Below are positions 13,233 through 27,025 of a stretch of DNA of 64,000 nt, piece after piece; the stretch's first letter is position 1, and each line of letters starts with the position of its first letter. The DNA comes from Phyllosticta citribraziliensis. Lineage: Eukaryota. The DNA is taken from positions 434,001-498,000 of the forward strand of contig NW_027117352.1 in assembly GCF_038025025.1 (NCBI RefSeq), in the 5' to 3' direction. The position numbers were made by a program, and so were the translations under genes. Below the pieces are notes generated by a model that had not been told where the DNA came from, searched no databases, and saw only the letters and a list, made by a program, of their open reading frames with translations.

Positions 13233-14789
13233 TCACTTCCCCCCACCACCGACACCAACACCAACAGCCCTCAAAATGTCGTCGACGCCCAGCTCCGGCC
13301 CGCCCGGCACCAGGTCGCGCCACACGGCGTCGGCGACGCGCTCGTCCGCCGCCAGCGCCCGCCAGTTGGGCGACGCCGCGCCTGCCTTGAGCCACTTGAA
13401 GTCGTCGACCTGGTCCCAGAGGTTCGGCTGCACTGCAGACGACTCACCAGTGGCCTCGCCTGCGGATCGGTCTGACGCCTCGGCTGGCGCCTCGGCATAG
13501 ATGGACGGACACGGAGCAAAGCGCACACCCACACAATCCTCGATGATGGGGCGCGAGGCGCAGGCCAGGTAGACGGCGACGTCGCGGCACTCGTGCATGC
13601 GGAACTGGCGCGTGCTGCTGACGACGACGACGCTGTGGGCCAGGTTGGTCAGGTGGATGGCGCCCGAGACGCGGCCGCAGACGATGAGCGACGATTTGAT
13701 GTTTTTGAGCGTCAGCGCGGCGAAGGGGGCGGCTGCTGGCGCTGTTGCTGGTGGTGCTGCCGTTGCTTGTGATGATGATGGTGTGGTGGTGGTGGTGGGG
13801 CTTTGTTGTTGGTTTTGTTGTTGTGCTTCTTGTTGTTGCTGCTGCGCTCTCGTCGTCGACGTCGGCATCGACATGTCGACGATGCAGTGCCGCAGATTGG
13901 CGATCGTGCCCGACGACGTCGCGTGCGACGCGCTCTCCGGCAGGATGATGTGCAGCCCCGTGTGCCCAGAAATGGTCACGCTGTTGGCGCCCGAGAACGA
14001 GGGCTTGCGCACCGGCGTGCGCGACCGCTCGTGGCTCGACAGGTTGCGATTGACGTACGCGTCCTCCTCCTCGGCCGCATTGTGTCTGTCGTCGTCGTCT
14101 CCGGCGTCCGTCTCGGCGGGCGTGTGGACGGCGGGCGAGCCGTATGCGCTCGAGTCTGTCGTCGTCGTGCCGGAGCTGCCGGTCGTGTCGAGCAGGCCGC
14201 GGGCGGTCTTGGAGGAGGAGGTGTTAGATGCGGCGCCCGGCAGCTTGAGGCGTGCTTGCGAGGCCAATTCGGCGGCGTCTTCGAGCGAGATGGCGGACGG
14301 GTTCTTCTGGTGCGAGACGGCGGTTGCGACCTTGCGCGACGATTTGAAGCTGAACTTGGGGCGCGGCGCAAACGAGGCGCGAGCTTGGGCGAGCTTCTCA
14401 TTGAGCGCTTTTATGGCCTGCCAAAACGTCAGTATCGCGAGTTGGGCAGTCTGAGGGTAGACTCACCTCGGCGTAGGTGCGTTGGTCGTAGGCCGGAATG
14501 TAGGCCGCCGCGTCTTTGACCTCGCGCGACAGGCGTGCGATGCCGGCAAGGCAGTGGTCGACTCCATCGTTGCGCTCGCCTCCCGTCACCGACTTGTCTG
14601 CCAGCTGCTCGATTTGCGTCTGCAGCGCTGTGCCGACCGCCCGTCAAGTCAGTCCAGGTCTGGCGCGCTGGGACTGCCGCGCGGAGAAGAGGTGGTCGCG
14701 TGCTCACCCGTCACTTCATGCGTAAAGTACCTGAAGAAGCGCTCCTTGAGGTCTCCTTGCGAAGGCGGTTGCGTCTGAAGAGTCGTCAT
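13233..14789 (-). CDS. Tubulin-binding cofactor C, 3 exons
   Basis: N-terminal ERFFRYF, YIPAYDQRTYAE and PRPKFSFK. C-terminal TBCC beta-helix QFRMHECRDVAVYLACASRPIIEDC..FAP..NLWDQVDDFKWLK..SPNW. Confidence 0.9.
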
Positions 14790-16198
14790 GTTGGTGAGGA
14801 GGAGGAGGGGTAGATTCCACGAGAGGGGTCCGGGCGGTTCGAGGTTAATGAGGTTTGAGTTCGCCGTGCTGTGGTCCTACTGGGGACGAGGTATTTATGG
14901 CAACCCTGAGCCAGAAACCCCGCGCCGCTGCACGAGAGTCTTGATCAAATAATCTGCCGTTCACAGCAGGTCCGTCGATCCCCCCAGGTATCGTCTTGCT
15001 CGGTTTGTCCAAAGCGCGGCGGCACGGCGGGGCAGCGTCAGGGATGGCGGCCGGGTGCTGGCGTCGAGCGGAGACCATGTCCGCCCCCAGCCTGCGTTCA
15101 GCATAGTGCTACAGTCCAGCCAGCCAGGTGTCTCACGCAGGCTGTGCTGTTGACCACCTGTTTGCTTCTCTGCGAACTGTTCAACATTGATGGGGTGGTT
15201 GACGGAGACGGTGGCAGCAATGATGCGGGGCCATGAGGCGCCACGAAAGCTCTTTGAGCTCAACTGCACCGCAATGGCTAGGTAGCAAGTCTCCCCCTAT
15301 CACGGCTGCGGAGATGCACAGGCACAGCGGGAGATTTCATTCAAGCACTGAGCACGCCACCAATCCAGCAACTTCATCCCTTTTGACTTTGGGGTGAACA
15401 TCTCCGCTTGCTCCTATTCAACGTCCCTCCACAAGCCATCAGTCAGGGCCAGACTTACGACACGGACCCTTTACATTTGAACGGTTGAGACCGGTTCAGT
15501 GCTACGCGACAAATCGAAAGCAATACTCCTTGCCCCTCGAATAGATAGCATGAAATTAGCCCCTTAACTGGTTTAGTGGTGCCTCCAACCACAAATACAA
15601 AATCGCGACAATTGATGCGTAATTCCGCAGCTGCCGCTCGCTCAAGAAGGAGCCAAAATGAATTGATCAAAGTAGATATTGAGACAGGCCTGCCTATTTT
15701 GCTTGTTGTGTCATGAGATTCCGGCTGGGATCCATGGTGATAATGACGGCAGCTGGCTCTGTAGTAGCATCAATTGGACAATAGCGAGCAGTACCAAGGT
15801 GCCTTAACTTTTGGTTCCCCACGGACCGCTCAAGCGATATAAATTCGACGTTGATGCACCAGTCGAACAAACCTGTTTTGAGCAAATGGCGTTCTGGAAG
15901 CAGTATGCTCGCGATGGAATGCGAGACTGGAGGGATTGTAATTCGGAAATCAGTAATCTCAGAGGCGTCAGTGTCCTGGAAATCTTGCCATGAATGATTC
16001 TCTCGCTGCCAGAGCTCCTTGTAAGCAGACTTCACGTTGCCCGTTGGCAACCAGGATTCGGCCATCTTTGGTAAAACAACGCTTTGTACAGGTAAATGGT
16101 TCATCTCGCTGTTTGATGAAATCTTGAATGGACCCATGTGTAGCTCTACTCGTACTCCGCACTCCAGTCTGCTTCGCATCTCGTCTGATTTCCCACTT

Positions 16199-16940
16199 TC
16201 AACGGGGAGCCGGGGGAGCGGTAATCTCGTATCCGTACTTGTCTTTGAGCAACTGGCGTCTCCTGTCTTCGTAGCCAGGCATGTAGATTCCTGTGTCCGA
16301 TCAGCATCGACCCATGATCGCATATGGCCCATGGACGTACCGCGACCTTCACCGAGGTGTTCAACAGTCTCCTCCGACGGGTGTCTCCAGTTCCTCCTGT
16401 ACTGCTCGACCCTTTCAACTTGGTCCACATCCGGGTCCTTGCGAAGACCACCGATTGTGTGGCCGGTGTAGTGAAAGGTCGCAAGAATGGTCGAGAGGCC
16501 GACTCCGAAGCCCACAATCGCGGGGATACTCCGGTCTGTTGAGTGGAATCAGCGGGGAGCGACGGGATGCAGCTCGGACAATCTGGGGAGCATACATCGT
16601 AATCCAACCACGGCACCGCCAAAGAAGCCGCCAATGGCCTCGTTCCAGGTATCGTCCTTTCGACGCAAGTTGGCAGCCGAGCATCTGGTAAACTCGTAAA
16701 TGGTGCCCATGGCGGCTGCAACGATTAGCCACTGCACTCATGAGACTTGGGCGGAGCCATCTAACTGAAGTAACCCGCGGTCGCGCCAAATTTTGTAAAA
16801 ACACCCATCACGCCATAGTTTTGCCTTGCCAGAGTGTTTTGGGTGGCAGCCACAAAGACACCGGCCGAGCCCAAGACGGCGGCAGACTTCACGGACCGAC
16901 CAATGGTGTCCTTGGGATGGTAGGGGCCCTCGTCAGCCAT
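16199..16940 (-). CDS. NADH:ubiquinone oxidoreductase 21.3 kDa subunit (NDUFA11/NUJM, Tim17 family), 4 exons
   Basis: Segments YHPKDTI..QNTLARQNYGVMGVFTKFG, AANLRRKDDTWNEAIGGFFGGAVVGLR and ETVEHLGEGRGIYMPGYEDRRRQLLKDKYG. Confidence 0.9.
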
Positions 16941-17493
16941 GATGGATGGGGTTGGAGGTGGAAAGGTGTCAATGGTCAGAAAGAGTGCAGCGCGTCGCGA
17001 TACACAATGGTGCTTGGTGTTGAACGCACGACCGGGGGTGATGTCGGCGGGAGCGCGGACGGTGGTAATCAAGAGGAGCTGGGGCGCGATAGGTGGACAG
17101 CTGTTTGGCGGTAAAGGGCGGCAGAATCACGTAGCTCCATGTCCACTGCAGCGGCGCTGATGCCATGCCAATGCGGCAACTGCTACTCCAAACCCTCCTC
17201 CTCTCCCTCCTCCGGCTCGCGCCGTTTTCTCTACCTCTCCACCTCCTTCGAATACTCTCCACGCTACCTCCGCCAACCATCCTTCCTGCGGCCCCAGCTC
17301 TGCTTTGTCGACGCGTTGTTTGCCTGGCCGTTTGCCGCATACCCGCTCCAGTCACTCGTCCGCCGCTCTTGACTCTAGCTGCGGTCTCTGGGGCCTCGCG
17401 CGCCCTCTAGATCCTCTCCATCCATCTCTCCGCCACTGCCAACACCGGTGGTCATCCTTACTGCACCGATACGGCTCCGCGCCTTTTGGCCCA

Positions 17494-20400
17494 ATGTCTT
17501 TTCCCAATCCAGGTCGGTGCCCAACTAGCAGCTCCGCCAGACAGCCCTTGAAGTTGACCATTTCTACAGGGAAGACTGCGCCGTGCTTGATAGAAGACCT
17601 CTACAACTATGACCCGCGCCAACGAGCTCACTTTGGCCGCAACGTCCTCGCCGAGCCGCCGCCTCATCATGACCCAAACAAATCCTTTGCCGAATATCCT
17701 CCTACCCCGCCCAACTGCCGTCACCATCTGGTGCTGAAGCCGGACCAATGTGTCTTTCCGGAGAATTGGGATACGCGAACAACTGGTTCGACCGTCTACA
17801 AGATTGCCTCCATGTGCAGGCTTTGTCGTCACCACTTTGCCGTCACTCTAGACTTCCGGGGAACAAATTGCCGGAATCCCTGCCCAAACGAGGAGAACAA
17901 GCTGCACCATTTCCAGTGCCGCGGAGATAGCACCCGCGAGTATGATGCCCCTCAAGATGCTCCACAGGAGAGGTATCTCTTCCAATGCTCGTCCTTGGAA
18001 TGCAATGCCTGGATAAAAATCGAAGTCTTGCGCCCTCGCCTGGACAAAGCGGAAATCAACCTCCTGTCCAATCAAGAAGTCTTGGAGCAAAGGCTACAAA
18101 AAGCGAAGAGACTGGACCCTGGCAGGGACGAGCTGCAGGTTGCGCGTAGTATCGATGGATTCTACATTCTCTACGCTTACATCAAGGACGCCTTGACGAG
18201 CGATACTCCTCGCTCCATACCTGTGCGCAACCGGAAATTCTTGGTCACATATGGCGAAGATTGCGACCAGATACTGGAGCGATTAGGGTTCTCCAAACAC
18301 GCGGCGGAGACGGATGGCGGCTTTTGGCATCTGCCCTCTCCGACTTCGGACTGGGACCGTTTGAAGGGTGACGACTTGAGGGATAACTTGGACGACACAA
18401 TGTACGAGCTTGGGTCCTTTATGGACCTGTACCCCAAATGGTTAAGGGACGAGTGCAAGAGATATTCTCCTTCATCGACGCCAGCTCGTGACTTTATCGA
18501 GAGAGTACTTGGCTGCTTCAACTGTGGGTTTGCAATCTACTCTCCTGAGCCTTGCTGATGAAAATTAGTACCCAAGCATACTATTGCCGCCAGAAAAACC
18601 GCCGCAATCCATCCGTAAGTTCAACGGCCGGCGACCTGTTTTGACGGCTAACATGAGCACATGCAGATATTACATCGGCCTTGGCGCTCTTGACACTTTT
18701 GCGGACAGTCTAGTCATCTTTGCACATTCGCGTCAAGTCCAAGTCGATGTTCGGAACAAGTCCTACTATTTGGAGTGCCTTCAAGAGATTGCAAAGACAC
18801 GAGAGAGTGAAGAGCTAATGACGCAATGTGCGGTTGAGGAATCGACTGGCACCGTCAGCCGTAAGGACGTGGCGGAAGCGCTCAAGTACTTCGACTTTGA
18901 CATTGCGGATGTTGACAAACTTGAAGCCACTCACATCATCGGCTCTTTCCGCGCACGACTCTCCGACATTCCTGCCCGCCAGGTTCCAGAAGCACGCCAA
19001 ATGCTCGCCAAAATCGGTTCCTACAAGGACGACAAGGACATTTTCGACGCCGCCAACGATTCGATCGAGTCCTATGACCAGGCAATATCGTACTTGGGAA
19101 TTTCTTCAGACACTCCCGACGACTTTGTTGCCTCCACCGCCACTGTAAAGCAATCAGAAGACCCTTCAGAGAGTGAAAGGGTGACCCAAGCTGTAAAGCT
19201 CATTGCAGAACATCGACAAAGCACTTCCCTTTTTAGTTTCATCACCACGGGCGACATGAGCAGCACCGATGATGCCGAGACCGAAAAGGCCAAGGCGTAC
19301 AGCGCATTTGGGCTCGAGAACCACAAGGGCGGGATTGACCTGGAAACACTCGAAATTCAACTATCCAGCAGCAAGGAAGCCGAACCGTCAAGAAGTGCAG
19401 AGCTCGATCGTTATGCAACCATCATCAGAAACGACATTCAAGGCTCGACATCGGCACCACCACCACCTCCGAGACATCCACCAGAAACATGGCCTGTTGG
19501 GATTGAGAATCTCGGCAACACCTGCTACCTCAACGCCATCCTACAATACCTCTTTACCGTAAAACCACTCCGGGAGCTTGTTCTGAACATTGAAGATCAC
19601 TTGATGGAGGTTACTCCGGAAAATGTCGACAAGAAAAAGATTGGCGGTCGAAAGGTTACGGCCGAGGAAGTGCATCGCTCTCAAACCTTTGTGCGAGAAT
19701 TGAAGGAGCTTTTTCTCGCCTTGATCGTCACTCCAAGCGCGACTTTTCGTCCTCGATATGAGTTGGTCGAACATGCCCTGCAAACGGCGAACGCGGACGA
19801 GACGACTCAAATCTCAGACACGGATGACAAGAAACCCGAAATGGACAAGCCATCTACCGAATCCAGCACCGAAAAGACGGAAAAGACGTCGGAAAACGAC
19901 AAGGCCGGCTCCGATAGCAGCGAAGCGACACTGGTGGGCGACGGCGACAAGGATCCGGAGAAGCTACCTGACGCCGACGATGGTACCAATGTCAAGGAAG
20001 GCAACGACGCAGAAATACCGCCTCCTGACCACCCACCGCCGGTTCCGCCGAGAACTCAGCCCAGTCCGGCGCCCAAAGTTTCGTACACCATGCAACAAGA
20101 TGCATCAGAAATTCTGAATAACATTTTGACACATCTTAGCAATGCCATGCGCCCCGAAAGAGTCGATGAGGATGGCGAGCAGATTGACCTCGTCAAGCAG
20201 CTTTTCTTTGGAAAAGAGCGCGCTTTCAAACGCATCAAAGGAGAGACTACCGGCCATGTACTGCTCTTCAACGCCCAAAACATTACCGTCGTAGATAGGC
20301 CGAAGCACGTCTACGACGCCTTGGATGACTTGATGGACAAGAACATTGTCGAAGGTTCTGAAAAGACCGAGGAGTGGTCTGCGATTACAGAACTTCCCCC

Positions 20401-21262
20401 CATTCTCAAGCTTGACGTGAAGAGATTGGGATTCGACCGAGAAAAGGCGCAAACTACCCGCTCCGAACACCATCTGGCCCTCGACGATACCATCTACATG
20501 GAACGCTATCTCGACAACGAAACAGTCATGGAAAAGAGACAAATCTCCTGGGAGAGGAAGGCGCGCGTCAAGGCTCTGAAAGAGAGAAGAGAAAAGCTTG
20601 TTTCAACGCAAGTGAATCTTCGTCTACCAGACGCGCTCCTTGCCACTTCTGAGTACTTGTCTGACTTGGATGATAGTCGCGATTGCTCCATTCCCGCAGT
20701 GAAAGAAAAGCTCAATATCAGGGCCAAGAACCTGGACCATGAAATTGGAAGGGTTGACAGGAGGATTGCTCAGATCGAGCAGGAAAATGCTTCTCTATTC
20801 GCCGACCTGAAACAACATCCTTACAGGCTCCACTCATTGTTCATCCATCGCGGTAGTACCGGTGGAGGGCACTACCTGGTTTCCATTCGCGATTTCAAGA
20901 ACGACATCTGGCGCAACTACAACGATGAGACTGTCACAGAAGTCACCGACGTTGAAAAGAACATCTTTGGTGAAGGCGAACCCTACTCCAAGATCATCAC
21001 CACTTGCGTCGTCTACGTACGTGCCGACCTCAAATTCGGAGAGCGTGATCTCGTCGAGGCAATATGTCGCGAACCTCGACCTGAGCCTGAACCAGCTTCG
21101 ACGGACGTGGAGATGACGAGCTTCAAGGATGACTGGACCAATCTTCCTGTTACTGAGGGGGTCGAAGTCAACGACCAAAGCCAGAATACTGATGGGTGGC
21201 AGAGTACTACTGGGTACGAGAACGACTCAGTGGGAGCGGACAAGAAAAATGGTGCATGGTAA
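17494..21262 (+). CDS. UBP2: Ubiquitin C-terminal hydrolase Ubp2 (peptidase C19), spliced
   Basis: Cys box PVGIENLGNTCYLNAILQYLFT, a QQDASE motif, and His box YRLHSLFIHRGSTGGGHY..WRNYNDETV. Internal repeats and an N-terminal Cys/His-rich region are typical of filamentous-fungal Ubp2. Confidence 0.88.
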
Positions 21263-22500
21263 ATAGGTTCCAGTGTGTGCACCACTGCCCTTCTCGATGA
21301 AGCTTTACAAGGCGGACTTGCTTTTGCTGACTTGGAGTAGTGGTGGTCTGGAGATGGGTTGCCAAAAGTGGCGCGGACGCCTCAGATCGAGGGGTCCGCG
21401 CGATGCGGATTGCGACTCACCAAGGAAGAAACCCAGGCTGGCATGAGCATGTCGGGTTTTGCTCTTGAACACTTGTCTTTATCAGTAGAACAGCTTTCAT
21501 TTCTGCGACTGTTGCAGCTCGGACACTCGCATTGATTACCTTTTCAGGCACGCTCGATACCACAAATTTTTCCCTTTTCCACAAGATCCCCTGCCGCAGT
21601 CTTTGTCGGTGCAAGAAAGATTTCAACTTTGCGGTCTCTTACCACCAAACACAATCATGGTTGTAGAGCATCGGGAGCAGGCGAACGAGTAAAAGCCATG
21701 AGCGCTGGGATGGGTTGGGTGGCGATGCATCCATGCATTTTTCTTTTGCGACTTGTTGGTATTGAGAGTCATCATCCCCTTCACCCCCTATTCCCCTCCC
21801 CTGTTCTTTCCCCATTTTTTTCATGTCGGGCTTTGGATGCCCCTGGCGCAAAGGGTTGGGTTCGGGTTTCAGGGCTTGGGATCTGGTGCAGTTGTGCATA
21901 GACGTGGTGCAGCGTCCGCACCTGTTGTGTGCAGGAGTGGCGGTGGTGCACCGTTACAGTTGAATGGATGCAGGAGAATTGGATGTGCAATGAGTCTCCA
22001 AATTATGTGCGAACAAAAGATTACATCTCTTGTCGTCGAAGACTCGAAGTATGCTGCTGTCCCTTGATATCCTTGACGCCCTTCCCACCCACCGTCCCCG
22101 TCAAGTCCCCTCCCTGCCGCGCAACACCAACCGCGGAAAAGGGGACCTCACACGGGCCTCCCGTTACCACATCTACAAGAGCAGCGCTGAAACGAAAAGG
22201 CAAAAAGAATAGCAGCGCTAGTTGAGCAGATTGGCCAGGACTTGAGCCTGGGACTTGCCGTGGATGCGACTGTTGCCACGGCATGCGTTACCACTACGCC
22301 ACCAATCCACAAACGTTTGCGGTTGCTGCTGTATGGTGGGGTAGTGAGTGCACTTGTTTATATGCTGATTTTTAGCGCGCTGAGGGAGCTTTTGCGAATA
22401 GGGGTGGCGTGAACCAACTGTTTTATTTCTACTAACACATAGATGAATGAAGACCATAACCACCTCCACGCTCCTGTAGTACCGCGCCTCCTCACTTTCC

Positions 22501-25500
22501 CTATCCTCTACCCCCCTCCGCGCCCACCCTCTCCACAACCTCCCTAACCAAGCCCACGCGATCAGTAATGAGCACATCAATGCCGGCCCTAACCTGCTTC
22601 TCGACGGCCTCCACGTCGCCATTCGCGCCGCCATAGCTGCCACAGCGTAGCCCCTTACTCTTGACGCGGCGAATGAGGCCCGGGCAGATGCCAAACACGT
22701 CGGCCGCGAAGACGACCCCGTCGAGCCCCCACTGCCGCGCGAAGCGCACCGCCGACCGCACGCTCTGCGCGCGCACATCGTGGTCTTCGACCGGCTGCTT
22801 GCCGCCGTTGGTGATGAAGAGGATGGGGAAGGCGCGCTGCTTGTGCGCCAGGAGGATGCAGACTTCGGGCGTGAAGGAGGTGAGGACGATGGGCCGGGGT
22901 GAGGGGGTGGAGCTGGAGCTGGTGCAGCGCTCGATGGTGGCCAGGATCGTGTCGATGAAGGTGTTGAGGTCGTGGGAGATGGGGCTGACGCCGGCGCCGA
23001 GGGCTTCGTGGATGCGTGGGTACTCTTTGAGCACGCGCGCGAGGCAGACGTTAGCGCTGTTGTGAAGAGATGGTATTCAGGGCGGGGACTTGGTCTTACT
23101 GATCTCGATGTTGAAGCCAACGTCTTCGGGGACCTCCAGCAGCGCTTCTTCCAGCGTCGCAAACGTGTCTTGGATGAAGTGTCCGCGCGTGTTTGGCTTG
23201 AAGCCTTTGGCCTGGTAGTCGACCGTGAATTGCATCCTGTCCTGCACCTCTTTTGCTCCCTTTTCCTCGTCTCCAGTCAGGGAGCGGGCTCGTGAACGTG
23301 CAAGAGGCGGGGTCTCATGTGGAGATTGCACTTTCCCAAGCATGGAGAGGGGATCACCTCGAGGTGATTGTACGTTGCTGGCGTACATGAACTGCGTGGA
23401 TGAGTGAGAAAAGCCCAGCCTTTCCCGGGTGATGTTGCTCACCTGTTGGTAGGTCAAGTCGTGGATCGGGATGTCTGTCCCAGATTCGCTCAAAGAAAAG
23501 TCGTGGAAAAGGACCGGCACCAAATCCCGGGTAACCTGGACGTCTACGAGCTCCATGTCAGTCCAAATTCATGCGGGGGCGAGGCAGATCTACCAAACTG
23601 TAGATGGTCAGTACACGTCCATAAGGTCTTTGAGATGGGAGACATACCTCGACATGGGTTGCGCCATGCTTTGCAGCGGAAAGAAATGACTAGCCGAATC
23701 ATGTCAGCAAAGATGGCGGAAGAGTCACAGATGCAAATTACCCCTATCGTGTTTTCCCCAAGCTGGAGATACTTTTCATTTCCGTGGTTTTGGCCATTAC
23801 CTGTAACCGTGTCAGTTTGGCGTTTCGCTTTCACTGTGAGTGTCGAAAGAAATGAGACTCTGGGTGCCGAGGGACGGCTGCCCCCTAAGCGCAGCTATAG
23901 AAGCAAATCAATGCTCTTAAGCGCTGCTGTGGTAGCAATGAATGCTCCCTAGGTGCACTCATGTTGCCAGGAGGTCTCAATTCTTTCGACGCCCACTGTG
24001 CTGTGAGCCTTGCGTACCTCTATGCCCATGTATCTGTACAGAATCCCAAGCATGCGATGGCGTGGGTGCACTCAGGCCCGGAAATGGATCGATCCTTACA
24101 TAAGTAAAGGAGATCGAACCGATGAAGCTCATCGTGAAGTTCGAGAGCATATTTACGGAATGCTCCCTGATCAAACTCTCCCGTTGCGAACCGAAGCAAG
24201 ATCGATCCTCGTGAAGAGTGGCTGCGCCGCTGCCAAGAAGCACACCCTTTGTCCCGTTTGTGGACGTGGCACCCCATAGTCTAAACTCGACGTACGCCCG
24301 GTCAGGGTCACGAGAAGAGAATGACATCGTGTGGCTAGCAATGTCGTCCAAAAATGGGTACCGGAATATGTGACTTTTTGACGATGATAGAATTTCAATT
24401 GAAAGAGCTGCATCAGTGAACTTTTGTTGGAGCATCTCGAAGTCTTTGTCCACAGCCCTCCTGTTCTGCTGCATCGGGCCAAGAGTGAGCACGAAGACAG
24501 CAGAGTCAGGTGGAAGATCCACTTTCTGAGCTTCTGGAACAACGGAATGGAGAAGCTTTGGGGTCTCTATAGCTTCGCTCGGACGAAGCTTGTCTGCGAC
24601 AACCAAGTGTCCCCTGTATGCAGCGTGCTCTTGTGCTGTCCAACCGGCGTGGTCTGTCCGAGTCTTGTCCGCGCCAGCCTGTATGAACAGCTCAATGAGT
24701 GGAAGATTTCCATTTGCGGACGCCACGAAGAGAGGTGTCCACTCTCGGACTGAATCCGGACGGTCTATGCAGACAATTTGGCGGCGCGCAATTTTCAACA
24801 GCTCTCGAACGTAGTCTTCACGTCCGAGCCGGGCCGCCACGTGCAAGGCGGTCTCTCCGTTGTAGCTGGACTGATGTGTGATATCGACATCCTTGGTTGC
24901 AATGAAATGGAACATGGCGTCATTCTGTAAATGGACCGCTTGCAGTAGAATACTGGAAAGGATTGATCTGAAAGTCGACTGGTCGGCGGAGGCTTGTTCT
25001 TTGAGAATGGAAATGTACAGCTGTACTATCTCAACATGGCCGGAAATGACGGCTAGCTGTAAAGGAGTGAAGCCTTCAAAGTCTTTGGTCATGATGAGCT
25101 TGGCGAAGGCGGCTGAGGAGCCTTTTTCATACCCTTGCGAGAACTTCTCCATCAAAGAGCACATTTCGAAAGAGCCGCTTTCTGAACAGCTATGAAGCGG
25201 CAGCCTCCCAACCATCTCATCCGGGTTCTGGAGAAAATGCTGTCCCCTGGGCCCAACGTGTTGTAGTAATTGATGGAACAAGTGTGTCTCTTCCTCAATC
25301 ACTTGGTACACGGATTGGCGCGAGTCTTTGGAGCCGCCAAGGGGCGTCGGACCCTCACAGATCACTTGAAGCAGGCTGTGTAGATGTTCTTCTTGGTCCC
25401 ACACTTTGTTTTCACAATATTCGCCTTGGTCATCTCTGTGTTCGCATGAACCCTCCAGACAATCTTCTTCAGGTATTTTGGCCACAAAGCCTGACTCAAG

Positions 25501-26446
25501 TAGGAAATTGGCGCATTTCCAAGCTCCACAGTGAATTGCTAGACGGAAAAGGTCCCTTACGCCTGGAATGCGCGCGGATTTCCCTTGGACGGCGTTTTGA
25601 AATCTTTCCGGCGACAAAGGGATGTCGAGCTGCTGAAGCAAAGTAGGTGTGATTTCCACGACGCGCGACGTACTTGCGTCTGAAGGGTTTGAAGACACCT
25701 TTATCTCAACGGTTCGTTCCGGATCAGATGGTATTGACGGCCCAGTGCTTTGGTCCTTTGGTGTAAAAGCGTTTGAATTGGGCTGGCGATGTGGGGTGTC
25801 AATGTTGACCATGCGTACTGGCAGTTCTTCGATAGAAAGAAGGCATAGTACTTCGTGGTGGAAGCGATTCCAAGGTTTCGAGATGTCTTTCATTGGCAAA
25901 GACTCCAATCTCTTCGGACCCATGAGGGATAAATGGGTTTGATAGAAGAAACTCCAAGACATCGAGATATCTTTATTTTGAAATGACTCAAATATCTCCG
26001 AGTCTGTTTCCTTGAGTTTGTTCAAAATTCTTTCGGAAGCCTCTTGATTCCAACGAGCAAACAACTGGAGCTCCAAATAGTCATCGTACAGCTGAGAATA
26101 ATATGGTCCTGCATCTTGAAGTGCAAGAGGATGCACGGCTTGGAGAACTTCCGATCCATATTTGTCCAGACTGTAATGGCGACAAATATTCGACTCCTTT
26201 TCATGCAAGAACACGTAATGTTGCCAGAAAAAATCTTCCACAACACCAATACTCGCCGTGAAACAGGACTCAAAATCTAGATCAATGTTGGATTTGTTTC
26301 TTCTGCCCTTCATTGCACATACCTGTAAAGTCTCGCGGTGATGAGTTTGAGGCCCTTTTGAGAAGCACCTTCAGCCGATCGTACGGGAGATAGAACTGTT
26401 CCCATTTCGGCAGTTTGTACAGATTCGATTTTTCGCCAAACTTCAT
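22501..26446 (-). CDS. GDE1: SPX-ankyrin-GDPD glycerophosphodiester phosphodiesterase (Gde1-like, divergent), multi-exon
   Basis: SPX start MKFGEK..KWEQFYLPYDRLK and ankyrin repeats (GFTPLQLA, GETALHVAA, WTPLFVAS). Spliced GDPD domain: GHRG..LQLGENT..HVEFDVQVTRDLVPVLFHDF..GFNIEIKYP..VDVLITD. Confidence 0.9.
23832..24000. mobile_element. MITE-like insertion in GDE1 intron 23801-24017 carrying degenerate 32/33-bp repeat units
   Basis: Inverted repeat gtcgaaagaaatgagac (23842-23858) / gtctcaattctttcgac (23974-23990), 16 of 17 matching. It is flanked by a CACTGTG direct repeat (23832-23838, 23994-24000). The interior carries cctagggagcattca-type units on the minus strand. Confidence 0.65.
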
Positions 26447-27025
26447 GTTTGTCAAGAGTTGGGGGAAGACGGACGGGGTGTTGGAAGGGACGTCTTAGTT
26501 TTCGGTGGTCGAGGTTGTTAGGTGTTCCGGATCCACACGATCTGCGTTTGCCGTGCCACTTCCACTTCCCCAGTTTTCTGTGTCTGCCGCCAATCACGTC
26601 CATTTGTTTCGCGCCTGGAGCTCGGGGTATGAACCAGCACGGTGAGAGTGTTGAAAGAGATGAGAGCTCTTGGCAATGTGTGTGCGCCTGGGGCACTGAT
26701 TCGCTCCTTGACATGTATTTAAAGAGATATTTTGAAAATCGAATGAAGAAGGATAGCGAAGCATTCGTTCGCTGCTTCACCTGTGCTTAGGAAGGGTAGT
26801 TGTTCATTGTCGCAGCCAGACCAGGGGGTTCCATTTCTTTCGACATCCACTGCCAGTACACGAGTGGGGGAGATAAGCCCGGGTGATACAAGGCTGGCAC
26901 GATTCGAAGCCTCCAACCTCGTGCGCGTACCAGACTCCAGCACCAACTTGACCTCCTGGCTCAACGCGACCATTTCGATTGATCATTGTTACCGGAGTTT
27001 CAAATCCTAGCCTCGGACTGCTGCC

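Noticed and set aside
26447..27025. Pho4/NUC-1 CACGTG site in the GDE1 promoter
   Set aside because: No perfect CACGTG was seen in the intergenic region.
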